Shown here piece by piece: positions 1-12,713 of a DNA stretch of 64,000 nt. A program made the position numbers and the translations under genes. Under the pieces are notes generated by a model that did not search any database, had not been told where the DNA came from, and saw nothing but the letters and a program-made list of their open reading frames with translations. The DNA is from Stegostoma tigrinum. Its lineage: Eukaryota. Where the stretch lies: assembly GCF_030684315.1 (NCBI RefSeq), contig NC_081360.1, forward strand, positions 23,663,033 to 23,727,032, written 5' to 3'. Each line of letters opens with the position of its first letter. The first letter of the stretch is position 1.

Positions 1-1249
1 GCGGGGAATCAATATTTACAATCTTGCCTATTCACATTGCACAGCCTGTACATCATCTCAGCCATCTTCTCATAACTTGAGCAGCACAGTTAAAAAAATG
101 TATTTGTGTATTATCAAGGATCTGGAGTAGGACAAACTTCATTCCCAGCACAGAGTCCCCCTAGACTGGAGTACAATCAGATCAAACACTGATTTAGAAT
201 TGTCCTATACTGATGTGAAATGATGCCTATGAATTGGAATCTATCAAAAAGTATACATGGGAGAAATGGCATTTTGATTTTTAATTTTAAAGTGAATTAA
301 TAAGGAAACTATACAAACGTGCATGAAATATCTCAGACAGACTCAGAGCATTCAGGATAACCAATAAGTGCTAGCATTTACTCTCCATTCAAGCCTCCTT
401 CTGTCTTTCCTCGTTTAAATATAATTAAAACCCTCCATTAATTCTCCCTCTTAGGCTTGTCTAGTTTCCCCTTAAATTCTCTGATACTGCTTGCCCCAAA
501 ATCTCTCTGCAGCAGCAATTTCTTATTCTCTTGTGTAAAAAAGTATCTTCTGAAATCCTGAATGGATTTCGTGGTGATTATTTTCTATTGATGACTTCCA
601 GTTATGTTCACAAGAAAAATTGTTGTCTCTCTTTCCACTCTGTCAAGATTTTTGCTCTTTCTTAAGACTTCTATTAGGTCTCTCCCTCAGTCCGTCTTTT
701 TTCAAAGGACAAAAGACCTACCCTGTTCTTCCTCCCTTGATGATAGATAGGAATATGGAAAATAAGAGCGGAAATAGGCCATTCAGCTCCACAAACCTGT
801 TCCACCATTTAATATGATCATCCGGCTCAATATCCTGTTCTTGCTTTCTTCCCATAACCTTTGATGCCTTTAGCCCTAAGAACTGAATCTAACTTCTTCC
901 CATTTTAAAGAAAAAAGCAACCAGAAGAAATCAAAAGGCTCAATAAAAACAGCCACATTCTGTTTATATATCTCCTTAGAATGAAAATCGCTGTTCCACA
1001 TTCACTTGGAAGAGCAGAAAGTGTATTTTGGAAAGCAATATTACCAATAATCTACACGCTATAAGGTCCTACAATCTGCAATTCAAGGAACAGTCAATCA
1101 TTTGAATTCTGTTGGTTGAGGGACGAAGGTTAGTGGGTCAAAGGTGGAATTCCAATTATGCTTTTCTTAAAAAAAAATCACGAAATTATTATGTAGGGTC
1201 AAAGAATGGTGCAGAGGATGACGATTCAAAGGAGGCATTGTTAAAGTAA

Positions 1250-2104
1250 CAATGGGACCTTGACCAGATGGGCTGAGGAGTGGCTGATTGAGTTTAAATT
1301 AGATGAACATGAGGTGAGGCATTTTGGAAAGGCAAATCAGGGCAGGACTTATGCGCTTAATGGGAAAATCCTGAGGAGTGTTGCTGAATAAAGAGACCTT
1401 GAAATGCAGGTTCACAGTTTCTTGAAAGTGGAGTCAGAAAGTAGATAGGTTAGTGAAGAAGGCGTTTGGTATACTTGCCTTTATTGGTCAGTGCATTGAG
1501 TATAGGATTTGGGGAGTCATGTTGTGGCTATACAGTGCATTAGTTAGGCCACTTATGCAATACTGCACACAATTCCGCGCTCCCTGCTATAGGAATGATG
1601 TTGTGAAACTTGAAAGGGTTCATAAAAGATTTACAAGGATGTTGCTAAGATTGGAGGGTTTGAGCTAGAGGGAGAGGCTGATTAGGCTGGAGCTATTTTC
1701 CCTGGAGCATCAGAGGCTGAGGGATGGCCTTATAGAGGTTTATAAAATCATGAGGGGCATGGATAGGGTAAATGGGCAAGGCATTTTCCCCGGGGTGAGG
1801 GAGTCCAAAACTAGAGGGCATAGGTTTAAGGTGAGAGGGAAAAGATTTAAAATGGACCTTACAGGCAACATTTACATGTAGACAGTACTGCGTGTATGGA
1901 ATGAACTTCTAGAGAAAGTGGCAAAGGCTGGTAAAATTATAACATTTGGTAGGCATAGGGATGAGTACATGAATAGGAAGGGTTGAGAGGGATATGGACC
2001 AAATGCTGGCAAATGGGACTATATTAATTTAGGATATCTGGTCAGCATGGATGGACGGTTTAGACCAAACAATCTGTTTCCATGCTGTATATCTCTATGA
2101 CTCT
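1250..2104 (+). mobile_element. CR1-clade LINE 3' fragment (decayed ORF2 C-terminus and 3' UTR)
   Basis: ORF 1453-1668 LYSALVRPLMQYCTQF..P.YRNDVVKLERVHKRFTRML is typical of the CR1 ORF2 C-terminus. Ends in ...ctgtatatctctatgactct tail. Confidence 0.9.
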
Positions 2105-2939
2105 TTAATTGAAGAACATTTGGGCAATTAATAGAGGAGAGAATTTTTTTATAGACAATCAAGGAAAGTGAGTTTGGGTTATTTAATTGAAGAGACTGTG
2201 TTTTGCAGTAATTAATTGAGGAATTTGTGTTTGGAATATTTACGTAAGGGTATGTTTTAGAGTACATTTTGGGGTAGTTGATCTAGGAGTGTGTTTAAAG
2301 GTAATTAATCAAGGAAGGTGTGTTTAGGGTAAGTCATTGAGGTGAGTGTGTTGGGGATTAATATGGATATGGTGGTAGCAGGATTATGCTGTGTTGGCTG
2401 CAAAAGATTTGGATTACGGAGATCTGCCAGGTAGAGACAAGAACTCCCCTTGAGCGAGGCCTGGCCTCGCATTAGCCTGTGTTTAGAGAACCGCTCCTCC
2501 AGGTGGGACTCATGTGCTAGCCTAGACTCCATTCTGTAGTTGGGCCCAGATACCTGCACGGTGACTGAGCGTTCCAGGCACATTTATGCAGGTGGGACTT
2601 TGGCTTTTGAGATCTGGACTTTTTATTTTCCTTTACCTTTTTGACCCTGCTAAATCTTTAATTCTGGGTTTGTAACCAAGTTGGAGCTGGGAAATGGCAA
2701 CTGTGTGCACTTTTCACTGTACTCAAGTGTTCTTCTACTTAGTACATATGACAACAAAATCTGAAAAAAACTAACAATGTAGAATATCTATGAGTTGGAG
2801 AGAAATCGGGTTGTAGAGGAGACAAAGGAAATTGGAGGTAGGGCCCTGGAGCAGATGTCACCCACATTATTCATCTAAAAGGTGACAAAGTTCTCCAAGC
2901 TCACAACCATGTGCAGTACTGAGGATTTGTAACACTCTC

Positions 2940-4230
2940 AGCGGGGTAGTGCAAAGGGAGTGCTACACTGATGGAAATTCTGTATTGAGGGGGTGCTGCA
3001 CTATGGAAGGGTTAGTTCTAAGGTAGCCTATTGTGCGGGAGGATGAGTGCTAAGGAAGATCTGCTCTCTGGGTGGGTTAGTACTGAGAGAGTGCTGCAGT
3101 GTCAGGTGGTATGTACAGAGGCTGTGTAGTCGGAGAGGTGAATATTAATGGAACATTGCATTGCGAGATGGTCAGTACTCAGGAAGAGCTGTATTGTTAG
3201 GAGAGTCAGTAATAACGTGAGAGTTGCATTGTCAGAGGGTCTGTACTGAGGAAGGTACATAGCTGGTGGATCAGCACAGAGTGAACACTATACAGTCAGA
3301 GAGTCATTACTGACGGAGTGCTGCACTGTGAAAAGGTCAGTATCGATGGTACACTGTCCTGTCAGAGGGCCACTACTAAGGAGGTGATGCACTGTTGGAG
3401 CAACAGTAGTCAGGCAGGCCTTCCATATTGGAGGCCCAATGTCAAGGGAATGCCGCATTGTAGAAGGGCTTGTACTAATGGACCACTGCATTGTCAACAG
3501 TCAATGTGAATGGAGTGCTGCACTGTCAGATGGTCAGAACTGGGGAATACTGCATAGTTGAAAGATCAGAGGGAGTTGTGCACTGTGTGGAAAGGGGTTC
3601 AGTATAAATGCAGTGCTGTCAAACGGTCAAAGGGTTTTTACTGGTGAAGTGTTGTACTGTGGGAAGGTCAGTTCTAAGGGAGATCTGCACTGATACAGTT
3701 TCATTAGTGAGGACTACTGCATAATGTGGTGTGTGTAATGCGGGAGTGCTATACTGCTAGAGGGTTGGTACTGAAGTAATGCTGTCACTGGGTCAGTACT
3801 AAAAGCATCCAGTACTATTGGTCAGTGAACAAGGGAGCACTGCACTGTTAGAGGGTCAGTACTGAGGGAACATTTTACGGTCAGAGGTCAGATCCAAGGG
3901 AATGCCATATTGTGGGGGGGTGGAAGGGCATCAGTTCTAAGGGAGGACTGGATTGTTGGAGGTTCAGTAGTGAGGAATGCTGTGTAGTTGGATGGAGTGT
4001 ACTGAGGATGTGCTTTACTGTTGGAAGGTTAATATTGAGGGAATACTGGACGGCAGGATGCTCAGTACTGAAGCATTGCTGCACTGTAGAAAGTTAATTA
4101 ATGAGGGAGTGCTGTGCTGTCAGAGTGTCAGTACTGAGGCTGTGCTGCACAGTTGGAGGGCAGGTACTGCTGGTGGATCAGTATTGACGGTATGCCACAC
4201 TGTCAAAGGGTCAGGGCCCATGGAGAACTG
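2940..4230 (-). repeat. Degenerate ~33-bp minisatellite array (reverse orientation to the 9-10.5 kb array)
   Basis: Recurrent unit similar to AGAGGGTCAGTACTGAGGGAGTGCTGCACTGTC with many substitutions. Confidence 0.8.
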
Positions 4231-4420
4231 TGTCACTACGGCCTCACGTTGTAAATCAAGCTCCCCTATTCTTACTGCTATCATAAAAGTAGAAGGCCTT
4301 AAAAAGTACACAAAATTCTCCAATTTACCTATCCTTTAGTTGACAGAAAGCACTTAGGAAATTCCTTTACTTAACAAAAAATACTACTTTTTATGAATAA
4401 CTAGCTTCTAACTACAGATA

Positions 4421-4857
4421 AGACCATAAGACCAGAAGACATAGGAGTGGAAGTAAGGCCATTCAGCCCATCGAGTCCACTCCGCCATTTAATCATGGCG
4501 GATGGGCATTTCAACTCCACTTCACTGCACTCTCTCCATAGCCCTTGATTCCTTGCGAGATCAAGAATTTATCAATCTCGGCCTTGAAGACATTTAACAT
4601 CCCGGCCTCCACTGCTCTCCGTGGCAATGAATTCCACAGGCCCACCACTCTGTGGCTGAAGAAATGTCTCCTCATTTCCGTTTTAAATTTACCCCCTCTA
4701 ATTCTAAGGCTGTGCCCATGGGCCCTAGTCTCCCTACCTAACGGAAACAACTTCCCAGCGCCCACCCTTTCTAAGCCATATATTACCTTGTAAGTTTCTA
4801 TTAGATCTCCCGTCAACCTTCTAAACTCTAATGAATACAATTCCAGGATCCTCAGCC
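4421..4857 (-). mobile_element. CR1 LINE 3' end, relatively young
   Basis: ORF 4511-4867(-) LYSLEFRRLTGDLIETYK...TRAHGHSL...F..EMRRHFFSHRVVGLWNSLP; short tandem tail agaccata/agaccaga at 4421-4445. Confidence 0.9.
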
Positions 4858-7800
4858 ATTGAGCCAATGAACAGTTATGAACTTTCGACTGATAACCCGA
4901 GTAGTTAAAACCCTAACTCACTTCTAAAACTTCTCTGCACAAATATGCAAACACAACAGCCCGACATTATAAGGCAGGAGTAATGGACAGAATGAAAAAG
5001 TTTGCTCAAGTGATCCTTTTGCTGATTAGACTGCAGTTTCTCAACCTCCCTTCTCCAGGTACTTACAATTGTTTGCAAGATGCGCAGGGTGACTGGTTCA
5101 CATTTGTAAGGGCCTTGACTTATTCATTAAAAGTCATAGTTTACAAAAATTGATGAGGTGAAATAAATTGGCTATCATCATGTTCACATGGAGACAGCGT
5201 CCAGAGAGACAGAGTGAAAGAGAGAGAGAAAAGAGGGACAGGCAAACAAAGAGATTTCTGATGAGGAGCCAAGAGAGACTGTAGCTAGGTGGGGTGCTAA
5301 CAAGAAGTATAAATGGGTTGGCCAAGCTGAAGCAACCCTTACAGGACAGGATCTAAGGGAATGGACAAGGGAGAGGGCATTCACATTCTGAAATTGTTAA
5401 ATTGTTTAGTTGCAGACAGAACATAGGTGTTCAGCAAAACAGTAACCCAGTTTAGCCACCAGAATAGAGGACACTTGCACTATGAGCAGCAAATACAGTA
5501 GACTAAACTGAATGAGTGCAGGTAATCATAAAACTGACCTTGAGTTTCCAGTTACCTGCTACAAAGATACACCACTGTGTTCCCATGTGATCACTTCTGA
5601 CTCATACCTACTGTAGTGCTCCAGCAAGGCTCAATGCACAATTTCAATGAACTCTATTCTCTTAGCCCGTGCCCCGACTTCACCAAACCCACACCATCAT
5701 CAACAAACATTCCAGGTTTCAGTTCTGATGAAGCCTATTTGAAATGCTAACTCCATTTCCCCACTACAGATTCTGCCAGACCTGTCGTATTTCTCCTGGG
5801 CTCTCTCTTTCCAGTTTCCAGCATCTGCAGTCCTTAATGTTAATTTCAACGCTCAAGTGTGGGATCCTGCTGTGCATAATGTGGCTGTGACATTTTCTAT
5901 AACAGTGGCTACATTTTCAGAATGGCTTACACTGGGCTGGAAAGCAGCTTGCAAAGTCTTGTGGTTGTGAAAATGTGCAATCGGAAATCCCAAGCTCCCT
6001 TCTTTCTCATTCCGGTTATAACAATTTTAAATTCTCCTCTACTTGGATGCCAATCAACAGCTTTTAATGAATGGAATTTCCTCGGCAGATGCCTTACTCT
6101 TGGACCCTCAAAGCTACAGGTTTTTTGTCCACTATGGGCTGAAAAGGGAGCAATGATCCAAGTATTCATGGTTTGGATCTATGAGGCAAAAGGCAAGAAA
6201 ATCATTTGAAACCAGCTGAGTGGCCTGAGATGTGTTTTTTTTGTTTAAATCACATTATGTTCTAGTAACATTTTCCACCCTTCATTTTGTTGTCTTCTCT
6301 CTTTCTCAGTCAGCCAGGTTTCCAGTTAAGTAAGGAGTGATATTTGCACACCTAGATTAAAAGCAAAAGTAAGCATGTTTGTATTTTGCAATTTTTAACA
6401 TTTTAACATCCCACCTCCCAACACTTACCAGATTTTAGGAGTTAATGTCCCCTTTCTGTATCCAGGATGGACCTGTCATATGTTGTCCCATTAACATGTC
6501 CCTTCCAAAGAGGTTAGTACTTTTCTCCAGGAAACAGCAGCTCAAACAGCATTTGTGATATTTGCCCAGATGTTCCAAGAAGTCAGAATTGTCAGTTTGA
6601 CAAGCGGCTCCTATTTTTTTCCATTAGTGCTAAACTCCATGTTTCTAACCAGGAATTTCAATCCCTCTCCCCCCTCAGAAACGCACAACATGAATGAAAC
6701 CAATACAGATCCCCTTGGTGGCGCAGGAGAATGGGGGATGTCATACCATGCTCCCTTTAACAGTAGTCAATGTGCCATGTCCTGAGATTTTTATATAGCC
6801 AGCAGTCACTTTGACAGTCTCTGTAAAAAGGTAGGCAGCTAAGGTAAGAATGACAACTGTTTAAAGAGCTAGAATGCTGTGTGAGTAGGGTGCCCGGGAA
6901 ATGATGGAACACTTCGGGTGGGTTTGTGAGATGGAAAGTGTGCCAGAGCTGGTAGAGGTGGGACTGTCGAGAATGTCAGGACTGCAGGAGAAGGATGGTG
7001 TCAGGGTGAAGTACCCTAGCAGGGTCCAGGCTAGAATTAGATTTGAATACCATATTCAAGAACAGGGAAGGAAAGGTGTTGGTTTAGGATAGGACAGGGG
7101 GATGGTTATCAGGAGCTCTGGGCGTAAAAGTGATCAGGCGACATGTAGACGATGGGTGTGTGTGGAAAGTTTTGAATTCAGTTAAATAGTTACCTCAGGG
7201 TTAGTTCTGAGGAAGGGTCACCGGACCTGAAATGTTAACTCTGATTTTTCCTTCACGGATGCTGCCAGAGCTACTGAGCTTCTCCAGCAATTTGTTATTG
7301 TACCTAGGAGTTAGGCTTCAAATTCCCCACCTTTAACTGATTTTTTGGTGGATTGCAGATGCATGGGAACCACCCATCGGAATCTTCAATTTCTCTGGCA
7401 ATTCCCATATAGTCTGCTGTGATAGCAGTTCCACATGCTCCTGATACACAACTTCAGTGTGTGTACTTGCAACAGGACTATCTGGCTATCAACATGTTGC
7501 CTTTCTGTTATCTGTGCATTGCTACCAAATGCTGCCTGGAACATTATGTTTCTGTGAGATGTGAGGGTGGAAACTGTCTCCTGTCTTATTCATCAACACT
7601 TACACAACGTGAGGAGATATAAACAGTCTGACAATATCTCCTTAGCTTTTAGTTTTTGCATTGTTCAGTGTGGGATGAAAGTTATCCATCCTCCAGCACA
7701 ATAGGACAACCAGTGAGAGGCTGGGCCAAACTCTCGAAACAAAGAAAATCCTAGATTTTCACCTGTCAGTGATTTTCCTCCTCTCAAGGATTGGAAGCTG

Positions 7801-8744
7801 TGTGTATTCCAGAAGGCTGTAAAAATGACTCAGAACCCAGTATGTACCTTTTGGCGTGTGCTTTTTCTTTCAGGATATCTCTGTAACAAATAGGTGCTAG
7901 TTATAGTGCTAGGGTGTGAATCAATAGAGAAACTGTGTACTTAGCTGGACTTACTGACACTGGGACTCAAACTGTCTGGATTTCCCTTCTCCTACCCCCT
8001 CAGTCTTTCTGCATTTTAATTAAATTGAACTGGGCGTCCTCTCAATCCCTAAACTGTCACCATTTCAATCCCCAACTCCTAGTACTCTTGTTTTCCACCA
8101 ACTGAATTAAGAACTGCTAGGCTTCTCTGCACTTATGCTTCCAAAGCAAAGCAAAGCCTGGAATCTGCATGATGTGGGCCATGACAAGAAAGTTGGGAGA
8201 ATAGCATGAAATGTCCACCAAGAACATCTCAATGGTGGGAGAAATAAATCCCAGTCTGCTGTTGAACGGCAACATGGGGTTCTGTCTGAATGAGAGGCAA
8301 GGGCCCTATTTGTGTACATTAGCATGCATTCACATCTCATTAAGATGCATGTCTCATTCTCACACCTGCTAGGTAGAAATTAAACAGTGACAATTCCCCA
8401 TATGAAAATCAGAGGGGTTACCTGGTGAGTTCCACTCACTGCTTGCTCCTCCTACCTTCATCTTGGACATCAGGCACCAATATGTCAGGGCACACTTCAC
8501 TTGCAGTGAACACACAGGACACCATCCCCATTCCAAGATCCTTGCATCTGACATATACCAGCCTTATTACATCATTGTGCCACATCTCTGGCCAACTCAC
8601 AGTAGGGTTTCACATTTCAGTTCTCCACTTTGGAGCACAGTGGAGCCTTTTGTTACCCTGTTGCTATAAGGATACTTGCACACAGGTCCTGGCACCCAGC
8701 TGGTGGATTTGATCGGAATGCATTTCAGGGTTGCTCTCTCACTC

Positions 8745-9040
8745 ACTGTCTCACAGCCTCAGATGTTCCAAAGCACTTTACAGCCAGGGAAGTCCTTTGA
8801 AGTGCAGTCACTGTTGTAATGTGGGAAGTGCATCAACCCATTTGTGTGTAGCAAGATTCCAGGGACAGAGATGTGATAACGGCCAAATAATCTGATTTAT
8901 TGATGTTGACTGAGTGATGAATACTATTCAAGATGCCAGCAAGAAAGGCCCAGCACTTCTTCAAAAAAAACTCAACGGACTATTTTTCATCCAACAGAAA
9001 GAACAGACCGGGCCTCAATACTTTTTCCAAAAGACAGCAG
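8745..9040 (-). mobile_element. Ancient conserved-core SINE fragment (DeuSINE/SacSINE-like)
   Basis: ccaaagcactttacagcc...gaagtgcagtcactgttgtaatgtgggaa...cagcaagattcc motif. Related copies at ~1030-1170, ~5850-5990, ~37590-37730 and ~37870-38050. The family name is from recall only. Confidence 0.5.
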
Positions 9041-10545
9041 TTTTGACCATACAATTCACACAGTACTCCCTCTCTGACAGAGCAGAAAACCCTCAGTCAC
9101 ACTTCAATAGTGTCTCACACCAACAGTGTTGCTTCTCCAATGGTACAATCTTCCCTTCTACAGTGCAGCACTCCATCAGTGATGCCGCTCCAAAAACACA
9201 GCTCTCGTTCAGTGTTGATAGTGCAGCATTCTTTGTTACAGAACTTCTAGCAGTGCAGTACTGCCTCAGTGTTGAACCTTCCATGCTGTATTCCCTGAGT
9301 TCTTGCTCTCCAACACTACAGATCTCCCTTAGTATTGATCATTCAAGATTCCAGCACTTCTCAGCACTGACCATCCAACAATGGCAGCACTCCTTCAGTG
9401 TCAACCCTTCAACAATGTAGCATTTTTCAGAACTGTCTGACCAACAGTGCAGCCATTGACTCAGTACTGACTCACTGACAATGCAGCTGTCCCTCAGTAC
9501 TAACCCTCTAACAGTGCTCCATTCCCTCAATACTGACCCTAAAACAGTGCCTTACTTCCTCAGTACTTACTCTACAACAGTGCTAGTCTCCCTCAGCACT
9601 GACCCTATAACAGTGCTAGTCTCCCTCAGTATTGACCCTATAACAGTGCTAGTCTCCCTCAGTATTGACCCTATAACAGTGCTGGCCTCCCTCAGCACTG
9701 ACCCTATAACAGTGCTAGTCTCCCTCAGTATTGACCCTATAACAGTGCTGGCCTCCCTCAGTATTGACCCTATAACAGTGCTGGCCTCCCTCAGTATTGA
9801 CCCTCTAACAGTGCTGGCCTCCCTCAGCACTGATCCTATAAGAGTGCTGGTCTCCCTCAGTACTGACCCTAAAACAGTGCTGGTCTCCCTCAGCACTGAT
9901 CCTATAAAGTGCTGGTCTGCCTCTGAACTGATCCTAAAACAGTGATGGCCTCCCTCAGCACTGATCCTATAAAGTGCTGGTCTCCCTCTGCACTGAACCT
10001 AAAACAGTGCTGGCTTCCCTCAGCACTGATCCTATAACAGTGTTGGTCTCCCTCTGCACTGATCCTATATCAGTGCTGGCCTCCCTCAGAACTGATCCTG
10101 TAACAGTCCTGGTCTTCCTCAGTATTGACCCTATAACAGTGCTGGTCTCCCTCAATACTGACCCTGTAACAGTGCTGGTCTCCTTCAGTATTGACCCTGT
10201 AACAGTGCTGGTCTCCATCAGCACTGACCCCATAACCGTCCTGGCCTCCCACTGCACTGACCCTCTCACAGTGCTGGTCTCCTTCAGCAGTGACCCTATA
10301 ACAGTGCTGGTCTCCCTCAGCACTAACCCTATAACAGTCTGGTCTCCCTCAGCACTGATCCTACAACAGTGCCTTACTCCCTCAGCACTAATCCTATAAC
10401 AGTGCTGATCTCCATCAGCACTGACTGGAAGATGCAATGTTCCCTCAGTACTGACAGTGTAGCATTCCTTCATTCCTGATCTTCCAAAACTGCAGTGCTC
10501 CCTCAGTATTGACCCTCTGACAGTTCTGCACTCCCTCATGTGCTG
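9040..10545 (+). repeat. 33-bp minisatellite array, homogeneous core ~9585-10410
   Basis: Unit ACTGACCCTATAACAGTGCTGGTCTCCCTCAGT; translates as an 11-aa repeat (STDPITVLVSL) in the ORF track. Confidence 0.95.
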
Positions 10546-11369
10546 CACAATAATTCAACCTGGATTATGTGCTTAAATCTCTGCATAACAAACATTTGAC
10601 TTTCTAACCCATGAGTGAGGCTGCAGCAGCTGTACCAGGATTGTAAATACATTGCTCTCTCATCTCGTTACTTCCCATTGATTCTTTTGCTTCTTTGTTG
10701 ATCTCTTTGAAATCTTGTTGCTAACATTTCAAAACGAGATGTTGGAAAACTTAAAAGTCCAGTGGGAGAAGGTAGCTAAATTGAACTGGTGCATAGACTT
10801 CTCGGCTCTTGGATTCTATGATTCAAGGCACATCTGCGTCTAAGATTGTTCCTATAGTCAAATATTGTTAACTTCAGACACTTCTTGGCATTGCCTATTT
10901 GCCAACAACACTACTTGGCATATTTCAGGATGACATTTTTCTCCTATTATGGTTCATTTGTTTATTTAACATTCTTTGGCTTGGAAGTGTGTGGCCTCAC
11001 ATTTCATATCAAATTTCCATTATGCATGGTCTTTGGCTGACTTTTCTCAGCGTTCTGAATGGTTATCATAATTACCCATACTATTGTAAAAGTTAGTTAC
11101 ATTCTATCTTTGATACAGTTTCCTATAGCACTTCTCAAAGAGGCGGATTAGAAAGCAAGTAGATGGCTTGATTGACAGAAGTGTTCTTAAAGTTTGAGGA
11201 ATGCATTTTATATGTTGAAAGAGCGAGGAAGTCATTGTTTCAGCGCCATTTCTCCTCATTCTCCACACTTCAGCAGTTTAAGACTGGGATGAAGTTAAGA
11301 TGCTGGAGAATCCCTCCTCCCCCTGAAGTGAGATTCATTTGCATTCAATACAGAGTCCTGGAATGAATA

Positions 11370-11765
11370 GCGCTGAAGGAGGCTAGTCAGCCCATCAATT
11401 CCATGCCCCACGCATTGCCCTTTTTCTCCTTCAAGTTTTTGTCCAATTCCTTTTTGAAGATAACTAGGGAACTTTGAGTCCATTGCAGTGTGAGGCATGC
11501 TTTGCAATTTCTAACAATTCATTGTATTTAAATTAGTTTTTCTTCACCTTGTCTCTTTTATCGAGCCCATTACCTTAATCCTAACATCTCTGGTTATTGA
11601 AATTCCAGCCTTTGGAAGCAGTTTCTCTGTATTTGCGCCACATAAATCCTACATCATTTTAAACACGTCAATCAAATCTCCTCTCAGCCTTCTTAACTCC
11701 TAGGAAAGCAACCCCAGATTTTTTCATCCGTCCACACAACGGTAATTCCTCTCTTACCATTCAAG
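11370..11765 (-). mobile_element. Old CR1 LINE 3' fragment
   Basis: Decayed reverse-complement CR1 3' sequence (cagcccatc...ttttaaacacgtcaatcaaatctcctctcagccttct). Confidence 0.6.
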
Positions 11766-12534
11766 CATTCTTTACAGTGTTCAATTGGGTTCATCCGGGC
11801 CAAAGAGCTTTCATTTTAACAACCTCTTGCTGAATAAGAGATCTAAATTAGCTTAATACAGGGCAATCATTGTAATTTGCTGGTAAATGAATGCAACAAC
11901 AATTTAACCATGCTTTCCCCTCGAGGGGAGTCTTGTGTCTAGCAAAAGACTGGTCCGCAGATGGAATTACTCTGCTTCACGGTTCTGTATTTCAGTGGTC
12001 TAACAGCCTTCCATTTAAAATCTAATCATGTAGACAACACCAAGCCACAAACATTCCTATAGTCCTCACAAGTCAAGAGTGGAAATTGGAAGGTAGAGAG
12101 GCAATCCTAAAAGATGTTGGGGTGATTCATAACAGAAAGAATGTGTTTCTTCCAAAACTGCTGGATTATTTAAACAGTCTGATTTCCTGCCCAAAACCTT
12201 TCTACTATTCACATCACTCACTAAATGAGATCATTTGTGGCATGGGAGAGCAGCAGTTTTGCGAGGAAAGTATTTAACTCCAGGAAATGTTGTTACTGGG
12301 AAGTGAAAATCAAATGCAAAGAGACCTTTTTTTTCAGAATGAAATGGCAACTTGAATGAAGAAAAAAAAATCATTTAACCACTAATGAATTAGAACTAAA
12401 CTTGATTCAAGTTCTTACTCCAGTTAGCCCCACATTTGGCAAGTTAATTGTATGGTCTGAAAGTTGAGCAACTGAATGTTCCATTCTTATAACTGCACAT
12501 CTGGCTATAATGGAAGAAACTTTAATCATATTAA

Positions 12535-12630
12535 AGCCACTTGTCAGCAGCTTTCCCTGCCCAGGACCAAAACTGAGTAAATATGAGTCAGTGTTTGAAT
12601 GTGGTGGAGGCGCAGGATATAAAGACTGAA
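12535..12630 (+). promoter_or_regulatory. Proximal promoter of paralog 1
   Basis: TGAGTCA (AP-1) 12584-12590, TGTGGT (RUNX-type) 12600-12605, TATAAA 12618-12623, about 95 nt before the ATG. The block is conserved in all three paralogs. Confidence 0.75.
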
Positions 12631-12713
12631 TGCAGCAAGGAAACGGCAGAGCAAGAGAGAGAAGCAGCTCATTTACTCTGAGAGGGCAGCAAGCTGATCA
12701 CACAAGAAGCAGA

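Noticed and set aside
131-223. Short frame ending ...IRSNTDLELSYTDVK*, reminiscent of the mammalian SPP2 C-terminus (INTDFE)
   Set aside because: The match is only 4-5 residues, the acceptor lacks a pyrimidine tract and any upstream exons are outside the window.
9481-10548. Long repetitive ORFs on both strands (STDPITVLVSL / RETSTVIGSVL)
   Set aside because: Artefact of a 33-bp (multiple of 3) minisatellite; no splice or promoter context. Also not CRISPR, as there are no unique spacers and the DNA is eukaryotic.
12630-12713. In-frame upstream ATG extending paralog 1 by 28 aa
   Set aside because: It lies only 7 nt after the TATA box, so upstream of the expected TSS, and is absent in paralogs 2 and 3.
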